Below, piece by piece: positions 8,674 through 18,650 of a stretch of DNA of 64,000 nt. Made by a program: the position numbers and the translations under genes. The stretch is from a virus. The stretch lies in IMG/VR virus record IMGVR_UViG_3300025133_007837, positions 32,001 through 96,000 of that record, one strand, 5' to 3'. Numbering within the stretch: position 1 is the first letter of the stretch; every line of letters begins with the position of its first letter. A model generated the notes under the pieces. That model was not told where the DNA came from. It worked only from the letters and a program-made list of their open reading frames with translations, and searched no databases.

Positions 8674-11264
8674 CACCAAATACATTTTTAAAAAAGTTTA
8701 AAAAGATAGATTTACCTCTTCATGGAGTGAGGTTGCCTTCGTTTGAGATCAGCGAAGAAGCCAAGCGCAATCACGGAATTAGTGACGAAGATGACAACAA
8801 CCAGATTCTTCGCAAGCTTTGCTTTGCGGGATATAAAGAGAAGATAGAATCTGGAGACCTTGATGTTTCGAAGTCGGAGGAGTATACCGACAGAACAGAG
8901 CATGAGATCGCCATCATGGAAGAACTCGGGTTCGTTGATTATATGCTCTTGACTTGGGACGTCATAAACTTTTGCAAAGAGAACGATATACCTATTGGGT
9001 TAGGGCGTGGCTCAGCAGCGGGAAGCTTTGTCCTCTTCTTATTGGGGATAACAAACCTAGACCCAATCAAGTACAGCTTATTCTTCGAGAGGTTTATATC
9101 TAAGATCCGAGCTAAAAAGAAGGTAGTAGATGGGGTCACATATCTTGACGGAAACCTTATGGTTGATATCGACAATGACGTTTGTTACTACAACAGACAT
9201 AAAGTCTTAGATTATATTGAAAACAAGTTTAAAGGTAAAACTGCGAAAATACTTACCCTAAATACACTAAGCGGTAAGCTCTTAATAAAAGAGTGTGGCA
9301 AGATCGTGTCCAGCAAAAGCGAAACGGAGATGAACACAGTCTCTAGCTACATACCTAAAGTTTTCGGCCAAGTGAAAGACCTTGAAGAAACTTACGAAGA
9401 AGTTAAAGAGTTCAGAGAGTGGTGCAGCGAAAAAGAAAACAAAGAGGCCTACCAAATAGCCTTGAAGCTTCGAGGCTTAATTAAAAATAAGAGCGTTCAT
9501 GCTTCCGGCGTTTTGTTGTCCTATGACCAGCTAGAGGACAGCTCTCCAGTTGAGCTTACTAGCGACAAAGCCGTAGTATCGTCTTACGATATGAACTGGG
9601 TTTCCTTATTTAATGTTAAATTGGATATTCTAGGTCTTCGAAGCGTTTCTGTTGTGCATGACGTTTGCCAGCAAGTAGGCCTAAAGGTTACAGATATCGA
9701 CCTTGACAATCCCTTCATATACAGAAAATTACAAGATCTAAAGACTCCTCACGGGCTGTTCCAGATCGAAGCAGACACCAATTTTAAAGTCTGCCAAGAT
9801 GTCAAGCCTAAGGGCTTAGAGGAGCTTAGCGCTGTACTTGCCCTAGGCAGACCCGGAGCCTTAGGTTTCGTAAAGCAATATTCTGATTACGCAAACCATA
9901 ATGTGTATGAGCCGATTCACCCATTATTTGACGAGATTCTTAAGAGCACAGGTGGAGTAGCCTTGTATCAAGAACAGTTAATGCAAATGGCGCATAAAAT
10001 TGGCTTCACCCTTGACGAAGCGGAAATCCTAAGACGCATTGTTGGCAAAAAGAAAGTTAAAGAGGTTAGACAATGGAAAAAGAAGATCCGAGAGAAGGTT
10101 GACGAAAATAGGCTTAGCAGCGAATGGACAGGGATCAAAGGGTCCGTTGATGTAGGAGACGTACTATGGAAAGTGTTAGAAGATTCCGCCAATTATTCAT
10201 TCAACAAATCTCATTCTATTTGCTATGCAGCATTAGCGGCTATTACAACTTACCTTAAATTTACACACCCCAAAGAGTTCTTCCTGTCTTTGTTGAAGAT
10301 GACAAAGCACGAGCCAGACCCCTTAGCCGAAATCAATAAAGTACAAACGGAGCTGAGCCTATTCGGCATTAAGCTGTTGCCACCTCATATTACAAAGTCT
10401 CAAATGGACTTTACTATTGAGGGAGAGAATATCCGTTACGGCTTAACGTCCATCAAAGGTATCTCTGATAAGACTATTGAGAAGTTAAACGACTTTAGAG
10501 CAGAGTTTAGCAACAAGTTTGAAGTATTTCAAGCCGCGAGCGAAGCAAAAGTCGGTATAGGTGTATTATCCGCTCTTATTCAAGCAGGAGCGTTCGAGGG
10601 TTTCCCACAATCTAGAAGTAAAATAGTATTAGAGGCCCAGTTATGGAACCTACTCACACAAAGAGAAAAAAGGATAGCCTATAACCTAGGAAAAAAATAT
10701 GATTTTGATTTAATAAACATTATTAAAGATTTAGTAGACAGAAAAGATGAGGATGGAAAAATTTATGTCAGAGCTTCTAGATTCGAAACGATTAAAAAGA
10801 AATACGCTCCGTACAGAGATATCTACAAGCAGAACAGCAAGTCAGAGAGTTTAGCGAACTGGTATTACGAGAAGAAGCTGCTTGGCTATTCTCACGCAAA
10901 CTCCCTTAAAAAGGTCTATAGCGCTAAAGTCCCAGACCTTATCAGTATCAGAGACGTCTCCGAGTCCAATATAGGCTCTAGAGTCTTGTTTATATCAACT
11001 GTTGAGGACTTCTATAAGGGCAAGTCCAAAAGAGGCTCTGAGTACATAAGGCTTACCTGTTCTGACGAGACGGGCTCTATGACGGCTCTGCAGTTCAATG
11101 CTAAAATAGATGAGAGCAAGCTCATAAATGGCAAGCTTCCAAGTAAAGATGATATAGTCATCATCAGGGGGCTCAAAAAGGACGACGCAGTATTTATTGA
11201 CGATATTGGCATCCAAAGCCAGAAAATATTCACAAAACTGTCAGAACTAAAGGATATTACTTGA
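8670..11264 (+). CDS. dnaE: DNA polymerase III alpha catalytic core (no PHP domain)
   Basis: GLGRGSAAGS, FFERF, DIDND, KLDILGL, LYQEQLM, YSFNKSH, C-terminal OB fold. Confidence 0.93.
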   Translation: MTPNTFLKKFKKIDLPLHGVRLPSFEISEEAKRNHGISDEDDNNQILRKLCFAGYKEKIESGDLDVSKSEEYTDRTEHEIAIMEELGFVDYMLLTWDVINFCKENDIPIGLGRGSAAGSFVLFLLGITNLDPIKYSLFFERFISKIRAKKKVVDGVTYLDGNLMVDIDNDVCYYNRHKVLDYIENKFKGKTAKILTLNTLSGKLLIKECGKIVSSKSETEMNTVSSYIPKVFGQVKDLEETYEEVKEFREWCSEKENKEAYQIALKLRGLIKNKSVHASGVLLSYDQLEDSSPVELTSDKAVVSSYDMNWVSLFNVKLDILGLRSVSVVHDVCQQVGLKVTDIDLDNPFIYRKLQDLKTPHGLFQIEADTNFKVCQDVKPKGLEELSAVLALGRPGALGFVKQYSDYANHNVYEPIHPLFDEILKSTGGVALYQEQLMQMAHKIGFTLDEAEILRRIVGKKKVKEVRQWKKKIREKVDENRLSSEWTGIKGSVDVGDVLWKVLEDSANYSFNKSHSICYAALAAITTYLKFTHPKEFFLSLLKMTKHEPDPLAEINKVQTELSLFGIKLLPPHITKSQMDFTIEGENIRYGLTSIKGISDKTIEKLNDFRAEFSNKFEVFQAASEAKVGIGVLSALIQAGAFEGFPQSRSKIVLEAQLWNLLTQREKRIAYNLGKKYDFDLINIIKDLVDRKDEDGKIYVRASRFETIKKKYAPYRDIYKQNSKSESLANWYYEKKLLGYSHANSLKKVYSAKVPDLISIRDVSESNIGSRVLFISTVEDFYKGKSKRGSEYIRLTCSDETGSMTALQFNAKIDESKLINGKLPSKDDIVIIRGLKKDDAVFIDDIGIQSQKIFTKLSELKDIT

Positions 11265-11330
11265 CCAAAGTTAAAGTTTGCAGTACAATAGGTTTTAGGG
11301 CACTTAATAACAGTGTAATTAATATACCCA

Positions 11331-11471
11331 ATGCAGAGCATAAGAGTTAAATATAGTCAAGTCGCTAGCGCGCTAGCTGCCAACGCTTTATATAAGGAGG
11401 TCTTTAGGGAGAGCGTCGACAGCGATACTTTTGAGCTACAATATTTGTGGAACATATCAAAAAAGCAGTAG
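11331..11471 (+). CDS. small hypothetical protein (46 aa, MQSIRVKYSQ...)
   Basis: Hand-translated ORF downstream of the AGTGTAAT motif. Confidence 0.45.
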   Translation: MQSIRVKYSQVASALAANALYKEVFRESVDSDTFELQYLWNISKKQ

Positions 11472-11489
11472 AACTAGAGAGAGTACCAC

Positions 11490-12227
11490 ATGCTATCCAC
11501 AGAATTTTTAAGTAATTTTATAAGCTCAGACGCCACTGTCATTGACGTAGGAGCAAGAGACGGAGACTCTTTACTTCCTTTCTTGCCGCTATTAAAAGAG
11601 GGTTCTCAAATGATAGCTTTTGAGCCCATAAAAAAAGAAATGGACTCGCTAATCAAAATGCTTGAGGCTAATAATATCCCAGAAGATAGGTTTAGTTGCA
11701 ATCAATTTGGAATCAATTCAGCTACGGGAGAGTTTGATTTTTTATACGATACAAAAGACAGGAACGGAGGACTGAAAGAGCAACTAGATCACATATCTAA
11801 AATAGCTTTTGAAGAAAGTGGATTTCAGACTCAGTCAGTATGGGATAAACAAACAAAAATTAATACTTTCTGCTGGAAAGATTTAGAAAAAGATTTAAAA
11901 AATAAAATGCTAAAAGCTTCCTTCATTAAGGTGGATACTGAAGGGTCAGACATAGTAGTGCTAAGAGAGCTTTTGCCGGTTATAAACAAGACTCGTCCTT
12001 TTATTTTCCTTGAATTGTACCCCGGAACAGCAAAAGAAGCTATTGAGCTTATTAATGAAATACGATATTATTGTATTAATGCATATAGTGAAATGATTTT
12101 CGTTTCCCCAGATATGAAAACTATTAATAGAGGTTATCTTCCGTTACATAATATAGGAGCGCAATACAATAGTGGGCAAAAAGACTATTTTCTAGCACCA
12201 TTCGAAATGTTCAAAAAAAACCTTTGA
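11490..12227 (+). CDS. FkbM-family methyltransferase
   Basis: VIDVGARDG, IAFEP, FIKVDTEGSD. Confidence 0.85.
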   Translation: MLSTEFLSNFISSDATVIDVGARDGDSLLPFLPLLKEGSQMIAFEPIKKEMDSLIKMLEANNIPEDRFSCNQFGINSATGEFDFLYDTKDRNGGLKEQLDHISKIAFEESGFQTQSVWDKQTKINTFCWKDLEKDLKNKMLKASFIKVDTEGSDIVVLRELLPVINKTRPFIFLELYPGTAKEAIELINEIRYYCINAYSEMIFVSPDMKTINRGYLPLHNIGAQYNSGQKDYFLAPFEMFKKNL

Positions 12228-12258
12228 TTAAGCTAGTGTAATAACAGATTTAAAAGAG

Positions 12259-14232
12259 ATGCAAACACAAGACAAGACCAAGGTCAACGGATTAGAGGAA
12301 ATTTCAAATTTTATTTTTACGAGCAAATACGCTCGCTATAGCGATAAAAATAAACGAAGAGAAACATGGGATGAAGCGGTCTCCAGAGTAGAGGGGATGC
12401 ATTTAGAAAAATATAATTTTTTATCAGATGAAGACAAAGAGCAAATCAAGAAAGCTTTTAGTCTAGTAAGGGAAAAGAAGATAGTCCCTTCCATGAGATC
12501 TATGCAATTTGCAGGACCAGCAGTCCTAGCCCATAACGCAAGAATTTTTAATTGCTCTTGCAGACACATGGATTCAATTAGGTCTTTCGCCGAATGTTTC
12601 TATCTACTTCTTTGCGGGTGTGGAGTTGATTTTGGAATTACTAAGAAATATCTTAGCAGACTTCCTGACTTAGTTAGCGCGGAAAATAAGACGGGAATCG
12701 TCATGACATACTCTGTTGAAGACAGTATAGAGGGCTGGGCGGATAGTATCGAAGTTTTACTTGATAGTTTCTTTAAACAGACTCCCTTTACAGGCAGAAA
12801 GGTTGTATTCGATTACTCTAAGATTCGGAGAAAAGGAACGAGGCTCAAAACTGGAGGAGGGAAAGCGCCCGGCTATAGTGGATTAAAAGCAGCTCACTTA
12901 AAGATCAAGAAGTTGCTAGATGAACTCATCGAAAATAAAAGCCAGTTAAGGCTAGAACCAATAAATGCTTACGACATTCTAATGCATTGCGCCGACGCAG
13001 TTCTCAGCGGAGGCATTCGTCGCGCCGCAACCTCTGTTGTTTTTGACGCAGACGACGAGGCGATGATGAACTCTAAGACAGGGAATTGGTTTGAAGATAA
13101 TCCACAGAGAGCTAGAAGCAATAATTCGATCTTGTTTTTAAGAAAAAAAGTCACAGAGGAGGATTTTAAAAAGGTTTTAAATAGCGCTAAAGAGTTTGGT
13201 GAGCCGGGGTTTATTTTTGCGGACCATGAGGATACGCTATCTAACCCTTGTAGAGAGATAGGTTTTATTCCTGTGACTAAGGACGGAAGGTGTGGTGTTC
13301 AGTTTTGTAATCTTACTTCCGTAAATGGAGCCAAGACCCATACCCCCAAAGAGTTTAGAGAGCACACTTGGGCTGCTGCTTTAGTAGGAACACTTCAAGC
13401 AGGCTACACAGACTTTCATTACCTCAGAAACGCTTCCAGAGAGCTTACAGAAGAAGAAGCTCTTCTCGGTGTATCAATAACAGGAATAATGGACAACCCT
13501 AAGACCCTACTTAGTCCTAAATACCAAAAGGAATGCTCAGAAATAGCAGTTAAAACAAACGGAGAGTGGGCAAAGAAAATCAACATTAGACCAGCAGCCA
13601 GAGTTACTTGTGTCAAACCAGAAGGAACATCTAGCTTAGTTCTCGGTTCTGCGTCAGGCATTCACCCTCACCATAGTCATAAGTATTTTAGGCGCGTACA
13701 GTGCAATAAAATTGATAATGTGTATCAGTATTTTAAGCTGTATAATGATAAGCTCTGCGAGGAAAGCGTTTGGAGTGCGAATAAGACGGATGACGTTGTC
13801 ACCTTTCCAATCGAAATCACGAACGGCGCATTAACCAAGAAAGATCTTGATGCAATTAAGCATCTTAACCACATAAAATCAACTCAAGAAAATTGGGTTC
13901 TTCCCGGCACAACCAAACACAACAAAAAGAAAACTACCCATTCAGTTAGTTGCACGATCCTCGTGGAGAAAGACGAGTGGGACAAGGTAGCTGAATATCT
14001 TTACGAGAACAGAGATTTTTTTGCTGCTGTTTCCTTACTGGCTGCTACTGGAGACAAGGATTTTAAACAAGCCCCGATGGAGAGGGTCTCGACAGAAAAA
14101 GACGAGAAGCTTTTCGACAGACTATCATCCTCTATGTCCAGAGTAGACTATACAGCTCTACAAGAAGCACATGACGAAACGACCCTACAAACTAACTTAG
14201 CGTGCGCTGGAGGCAATTGCGAAATAAATTAA
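12259..14232 (+). CDS. nrdJ: class II (B12-dependent) ribonucleotide reductase
   Basis: FNCSC, NPCREI, FCNLT, VKPEGTSS, C-terminal ACAGGNCE. Confidence 0.9.
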   Translation: MQTQDKTKVNGLEEISNFIFTSKYARYSDKNKRRETWDEAVSRVEGMHLEKYNFLSDEDKEQIKKAFSLVREKKIVPSMRSMQFAGPAVLAHNARIFNCSCRHMDSIRSFAECFYLLLCGCGVDFGITKKYLSRLPDLVSAENKTGIVMTYSVEDSIEGWADSIEVLLDSFFKQTPFTGRKVVFDYSKIRRKGTRLKTGGGKAPGYSGLKAAHLKIKKLLDELIENKSQLRLEPINAYDILMHCADAVLSGGIRRAATSVVFDADDEAMMNSKTGNWFEDNPQRARSNNSILFLRKKVTEEDFKKVLNSAKEFGEPGFIFADHEDTLSNPCREIGFIPVTKDGRCGVQFCNLTSVNGAKTHTPKEFREHTWAAALVGTLQAGYTDFHYLRNASRELTEEEALLGVSITGIMDNPKTLLSPKYQKECSEIAVKTNGEWAKKINIRPAARVTCVKPEGTSSLVLGSASGIHPHHSHKYFRRVQCNKIDNVYQYFKLYNDKLCEESVWSANKTDDVVTFPIEITNGALTKKDLDAIKHLNHIKSTQENWVLPGTTKHNKKKTTHSVSCTILVEKDEWDKVAEYLYENRDFFAAVSLLAATGDKDFKQAPMERVSTEKDEKLFDRLSSSMSRVDYTALQEAHDETTLQTNLACAGGNCEIN

Positions 14233-14328
14233 AGGGTAATATTCCCCAGAGAGTAGGGTTCTATTCCCCAACGTTTTTTAAAATAAATAAAAAAGTAACA
14301 AAACACTAGGAATAAACGTCTCTGTGTT

Positions 14329-14344
14329 TGGCACGATAATTGCA
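14329..14344 (+). promoter_or_regulatory. sigma54 (-24/-12) promoter
   Basis: TGGCACGATAATTGCA matches TGGCACG-N4-TTGCW; ATG follows about 15 nt downstream. Confidence 0.7.
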
Positions 14345-14358
14345 GTGTAATATACATT

Positions 14359-14898
14359 ATGTTCATTAAAAGAATTCTTAAGATTGGGCTGGTTGCTGTT
14401 ATGGCGTCAGCGTTAACAGTTTCAGCTCAGGTCCCTAAGCCTGCGCCTAAACCAGATAAACCTGAAAAGGAGAAGCCTGAGCGCGGTGGCAAGAAATTTG
14501 ATCCAGCTAAAGTTAAAGAGCGCCTTAAGGCTGCTTTTGAGAAGCGCAAGAAGCATCGTGGTGATGCCAAGAAAAAAGGCCACAAAGTTAGTGATCGCAA
14601 GAAAAAAGATGGCGGCTTTGGTAAACTCATAAGAGACGACGCTAAGGTCAAAGAACTGCGCGAGGCCTTCAAAGAGGCCGCTAAAAAGCAATGGACCGGC
14701 TTCGACAAAGATAAGTGGAAAGACGCCACAGACGACGAGAAAAAGGCCCTAAGAGAGCAAATGACTGCTTCTAGGAAAGAATGGATGGAAACAATGAAAA
14801 GCCATCGCAAAGAAGTTCATGCTCGCATAAAAGAGATTCGTGAAGAGTTTAAAAATAAGCGCGATGAAGTCATCGACGGAAACGACCCAAAACCATAA
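14359..14898 (+). CDS. exported Lys/Glu-rich helical protein
   Basis: Signal peptide (ALTVSA|Q) followed by charged helical repeats. Confidence 0.7.
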   Translation: MFIKRILKIGLVAVMASALTVSAQVPKPAPKPDKPEKEKPERGGKKFDPAKVKERLKAAFEKRKKHRGDAKKKGHKVSDRKKKDGGFGKLIRDDAKVKELREAFKEAAKKQWTGFDKDKWKDATDDEKKALREQMTASRKEWMETMKSHRKEVHARIKEIREEFKNKRDEVIDGNDPKP

Positions 14899-14902
14899 TT
14901 TT

Positions 14903-15361
14903 ATGAACAAATATATTAAACTAATTATTGTAGCAGCTTTACTGCTAGGAGGTGTTAGTATCGCTCAAGCCGACCGTCACGGTGGTCACAGCAAAACTAA
15001 CAGAGTAGACAAAGTTAAAGGCAAGCCAGCGCCTAAGAAAGCTAACCCAGCAGAAGTCAGAAAGAAGAGGCACGCTCTTGCTGCCAAGAAAATCAAAGAT
15101 GGCGTCAAGGCTGGTAAGATTACAGAAAAGCAAGCCAAGGAGAAACTAGCAGCCCTAAGAAAGAGTTATGTTTCAGGGGCTAAGGGATCAAGTCGTAGGC
15201 CTTCGCGCGAAGACCTTGTCAAGAAGTTCGATAAGAACAAAGACGGTAAGCTAGATGAAAAAGAGCGCGCAGCAGCGCGAAAGGCTATGGAAGCCAGAAC
15301 CAAGAAAAGAGGGGAAAGCAGGCGAGGGAAAAGCAAAGGGCGCAAATCTCGCAGAAAGTAG
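14903..15361 (+). CDS. exported basic protein with one EF-hand
   Basis: Signal peptide; KFDKNKDGKLDEKE EF-hand loop. Confidence 0.7.
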   Translation: MNKYIKLIIVAALLLGGVSIAQADRHGGHSKTNRVDKVKGKPAPKKANPAEVRKKRHALAAKKIKDGVKAGKITEKQAKEKLAALRKSYVSGAKGSSRRPSREDLVKKFDKNKDGKLDEKERAAARKAMEARTKKRGESRRGKSKGRKSRRK

Positions 15362-15459
15362 ACCCCACACCCATGTGTTTTAAGGTATCAAAGCAGTCAT
15401 GTGTTTTAGCATAGTAAAGCGCTAGATGCTTTTTAGAATATTAACACGTGGCTTAAAAC

Positions 15460-15490
15460 GAGAGGGAGTTTCGGCTCCCTCTCTCTTTTT
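15460..15490 (+). terminator. intrinsic terminator
   Basis: GAGAGGGAG-TTTCGG-CTCCCTCTC followed by a T-tract. Confidence 0.85.
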
Positions 15491-15536
15491 GCTTGACCTA
15501 GGTGTAAGTATACTATATAATAGACATATCAGATAA

Positions 15537-16010
15537 ATGATTGAAAATACATTTACCAAAGACAAAAGACTCGAAGAAAATAAAGAACTTCATACCAAAA
15601 TAGGGAAAACATGGTTCATAGATATAGATGGAACCATTTTAAAAGCCCAGTCAAACGCCAAGCTAGACAGAATGATAGCTCAATTTGGAGATAAATCTCA
15701 CACACAGGAGCAAACCCTACCATCTAGCAAGCACTTTTTAAAAAAGATCCCTAAAAGAGACACTATTATTTTGACCACAGCCAGAGACAGAAAACATAAA
15801 GAACACACGGACAAGACACTCAAGCACCTAGGCGTTAGGTATGACGATGTTATTTATGACTTGAGATCTGGCGCTAGAATATTAGTAAATGATGTTAAAC
15901 CCAGAGGGGCTATCCAAAATGATCATGAAATAAAAACAGCTTTTGCAATAAATCTCAAAAGAAACCAAGGTCTACAAAAGGAGCACTTAGATGAATATCT
16001 CAGAATTTGA
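15537..16010 (+). CDS. HAD-superfamily phosphatase
   Basis: FIDIDGTI motif I, LTTAR motif II, LVND. Confidence 0.75.
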   Translation: MIENTFTKDKRLEENKELHTKIGKTWFIDIDGTILKAQSNAKLDRMIAQFGDKSHTQEQTLPSSKHFLKKIPKRDTIILTTARDRKHKEHTDKTLKHLGVRYDDVIYDLRSGARILVNDVKPRGAIQNDHEIKTAFAINLKRNQGLQKEHLDEYLRI

Positions 16011-16185
16011 ACGCAATAAGCCTAGAAAAACAATGGCTTTCATAAACAAACTTATAAAAAAATATAAAAGAATTTGGCGTAACCATGAAATGATGGATGA
16101 CGACGACGCTACTAAAGTAGAGATGGCACATGATTTTGAAAGAGAGCTGCAAGAATTAAAAAAAATATTTAAATCTGGAGAATAA
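15991..16185 (+). CDS. hypothetical protein
   Basis: ORF coupled to the thyX start (TAATG). Confidence 0.6.
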   Translation: MNISEFERNKPRKTMAFINKLIKKYKRIWRNHEMMDDDDATKVEMAHDFERELQELKKIFKSGE

Positions 16186-16832
16186 TGCAAGTAAAATTAA
16201 TAGCGCTGACGAAACCATTGGCCCTTAGGGATGTAGGCAGCCCTGAGGATCTAATAGCTTATTGCGCTAGAGTAAGCAATCCAGAGAACCAAAGCAAATC
16301 CGAGACAGCCCCAAAGCTGATAAAGTTTTTAATCAAACACAAGCACTGGTCCCCATTCGAAATGGTTGACATGACCTTAGAGATTAAAACAAGCAGAGCT
16401 ATAGCCGCTCAAATACTTCGCCATAGAAGTTTTAGTTTCCAAGAGTTTAGCCAAAGATACTCTAAAGCCGAAACCTTAGAAGCTTTAGAGCTTAGAAAGC
16501 AGGCAGAGAAGAACCGCCAAAGCAGCACTGACGTTTTTGAGGATTCCCAACTCCTAGCCAAAGTCAGGGAACATACAGCCAAGAGCGTCTCCCTATATAA
16601 AAACCTTATTGAAGCTGGCGTAGCAAAAGAGTCAGCCCGTATGATACTCCCACTAACCACAGAGACCACAATGTATATGAAAGGCAACCTAAGAAGCTGG
16701 ATTCACTACATTGATCTAAGGACGAAAGAGAACACACAAAAAGAGCATAGAGATATAGCAAGTGAGTGCAAGAGAATATTTAAAAATGAATTCCCTAACG
16801 TATCTGAAGCTATATGGGATTTAGAAACATGA
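16185..16832 (+). CDS. thyX: flavin-dependent thymidylate synthase
   Basis: HWSPFE, QILRHRSFSFQEFSQRY, ESARMILP, TQKEHR. Confidence 0.95.
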   Translation: MQVKLIALTKPLALRDVGSPEDLIAYCARVSNPENQSKSETAPKLIKFLIKHKHWSPFEMVDMTLEIKTSRAIAAQILRHRSFSFQEFSQRYSKAETLEALELRKQAEKNRQSSTDVFEDSQLLAKVREHTAKSVSLYKNLIEAGVAKESARMILPLTTETTMYMKGNLRSWIHYIDLRTKENTQKEHRDIASECKRIFKNEFPNVSEAIWDLET

Positions 16833-17194
16833 TCTCTAATAAAAAAATACTAATAATTGCAATTGCTGGCCTATTAATGGGTTGGCTGCTAGTTACCTCT
16901 CTATCGGGAGCGTATCCAGCTTTTGGAAACAAAGCAGTCGACCCAGATGTAGAGGTTTTGATTCCCGGTATGGTCTGCCCCTCTTGTGCCGTTGGTATTA
17001 AAATAGGATTTAAGAAAACTAAAAAAGTTAAAAATTTAGAAATGATTACTAAAAAAGAGATCATTCTCTTAGAGTATTGGGGTCCGGAAATACACCCTAC
17101 TCAAATTCGTAAAATTGTGAAGTCCGCTGGCTACGAAGTAAAATCTATAAAATGGTTGAAGAAAAAAGAACCTAATAGATATAACAAACCGTGA
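16814..17194 (+). CDS. heavy-metal-associated (HMA; MerP/CopZ-like) protein with N-terminal signal or TM segment
   Basis: GMVCPSC metal-binding motif; IVKSAGYEV end of fold. Confidence 0.75.
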   Translation: MGFRNMISNKKILIIAIAGLLMGWLLVTSLSGAYPAFGNKAVDPDVEVLIPGMVCPSCAVGIKIGFKKTKKVKNLEMITKKEIILLEYWGPEIHPTQIRKIVKSAGYEVKSIKWLKKKEPNRYNKP

Positions 17195-17727
17195 ATCTAG
17201 TTAATGACATTCCAATAACCAATGATGATTTCCAGCACATATCATGTGTTATAGAAATAGCCAAAGGGACTAATACAAAATATGAATACAACGAAAAGTA
17301 TAATATCTTTGAATTAGAAAGATGTTTGGTATCTTCTCTCCAATACCCAATAAATTACGGCTTCGTAACTCAAACATATGCTCTTGACAGAGACCCCTTG
17401 GATGTGCTAGTATTTAACCATGACCCAATTGATAGAGGCAGTTTAGTGAAGTGTAGGCCGCTGGGGGTACTTGACTTCGTAGATGACGAAGAAGTTGATT
17501 ACAAGCTAATTGTGGCCCCGCATTGGTCACCTACTGCTAAGTATAGCACCTTGGATGGAATAGAAGACAGTCACTTAAAAATATTTAAACAGTTTTTTAG
17601 GATCTATAAAATAGATAGAAGTTCAACAAGTAAAGTTGGAGAATGGAAGAACGGAAAGAAAGCTTTGTCAGTTGTAAAAGAAGCACACGATAGATGGAAA
17701 GGAAGAATGCCTTATGGGAATGTTTGA
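17191..17727 (+). CDS. ppa: family I inorganic pyrophosphatase
   Basis: IEIAKG..KYEY, YPINYGF, DRDPLDVL, DYKLI, FFRIYK. Confidence 0.9.
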   Translation: MNLVNDIPITNDDFQHISCVIEIAKGTNTKYEYNEKYNIFELERCLVSSLQYPINYGFVTQTYALDRDPLDVLVFNHDPIDRGSLVKCRPLGVLDFVDDEEVDYKLIVAPHWSPTAKYSTLDGIEDSHLKIFKQFFRIYKIDRSSTSKVGEWKNGKKALSVVKEAHDRWKGRMPYGNV

Positions 17728-18247
17728 TGACATAACAGTGCCGAAGTCTTATTTAAAGGGCTTACTCACAAAAGAGCAGGAGAAGCTAATAAACGACAAC
17801 AACTACCAAACCAAAAGCTTGGAAAATGCCCTACGCCGATATAAGATTTACAAACAAAAGCTCTTTATAAATGATAGAGACGTAGTACTCCAAGAAAAGG
17901 AAGACAGTAAGTGGGTGCCTGTAAAGTACACAGGAGAAGTCCTTTTTTATAACAATATTAAAGACGGAAAAGGGAACCAGCATTGGGTAGAATTTCGGTT
18001 TATATTCTTAAATGGGAAACTCGACGCCAAGTACTTAGAAGAATTTTTTATAGGTAAAACTATCGGGGAGATAGAAGAAGAAAACAGGAAATGGAAAGAA
18101 GCGCGGATAAAGCAACTTAAATACGAGAGTACTTTCGAGTACAAATTTTATTTTTTTATTTTTAAAATCTTAACTAAATTATTATATAAGGTTCGCGTGA
18201 GAGTAGACCCACACTCTTACGATTATGGTACTAGGAAAATAGAGTAA
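17714..18247 (+). CDS. hypothetical phage protein
   Basis: ORF in operon; MGMFDDI...YQTKSL..WVEF. Confidence 0.65.
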   Translation: MGMFDDITVPKSYLKGLLTKEQEKLINDNNYQTKSLENALRRYKIYKQKLFINDRDVVLQEKEDSKWVPVKYTGEVLFYNNIKDGKGNQHWVEFRFIFLNGKLDAKYLEEFFIGKTIGEIEEENRKWKEARIKQLKYESTFEYKFYFFIFKILTKLLYKVRVRVDPHSYDYGTRKIE

Positions 18248-18249
18248 CC

Positions 18250-18495
18250 ATGAACTTCCCACAAAAAGGATATAAAGATTTAGTGGACGATTGTCCAGAT
18301 ATACCAGCGGACACCTGCCCACATATCGATAAAGCTGGAGACTATATCGATAAAACTCATCAACTCTTAGAAGAATTAAGAGACCAAAACGAAGCCTTAC
18401 GAGAAGTTGGGAAATATTGGAGGACCACATCTATACATTTACTGCAAGAATTGTGCAAACTTAATAAACACACAAACAAGCTGGAAAATGAATGA
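18250..18495 (+). CDS. hypothetical protein
   Basis: ORF in operon; TCPHID followed by coiled coil. Confidence 0.6.
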   Translation: MNFPQKGYKDLVDDCPDIPADTCPHIDKAGDYIDKTHQLLEELRDQNEALREVGKYWRTTSIHLLQELCKLNKHTNKLENE

Positions 18496-18650
18496 TGAAA
18501 AACTTTTGGTCAAACGCTCACTCGGTTTCTTTGCTGGTAGTGAACCCCTTGTTGGTAATAATTTACTACTTACTGATTTTAGGCATATCACTGATGCTGA
18601 GTGTCGCCAGTATATTTTGCGACAAGCGTAGTAGAGTGTAATAATATAAA

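Noticed and set aside
8670-14232. Inteins or introns in dnaE or nrdJ
   Set aside because: Lengths and motif order look uninterrupted; no splice motifs seen.
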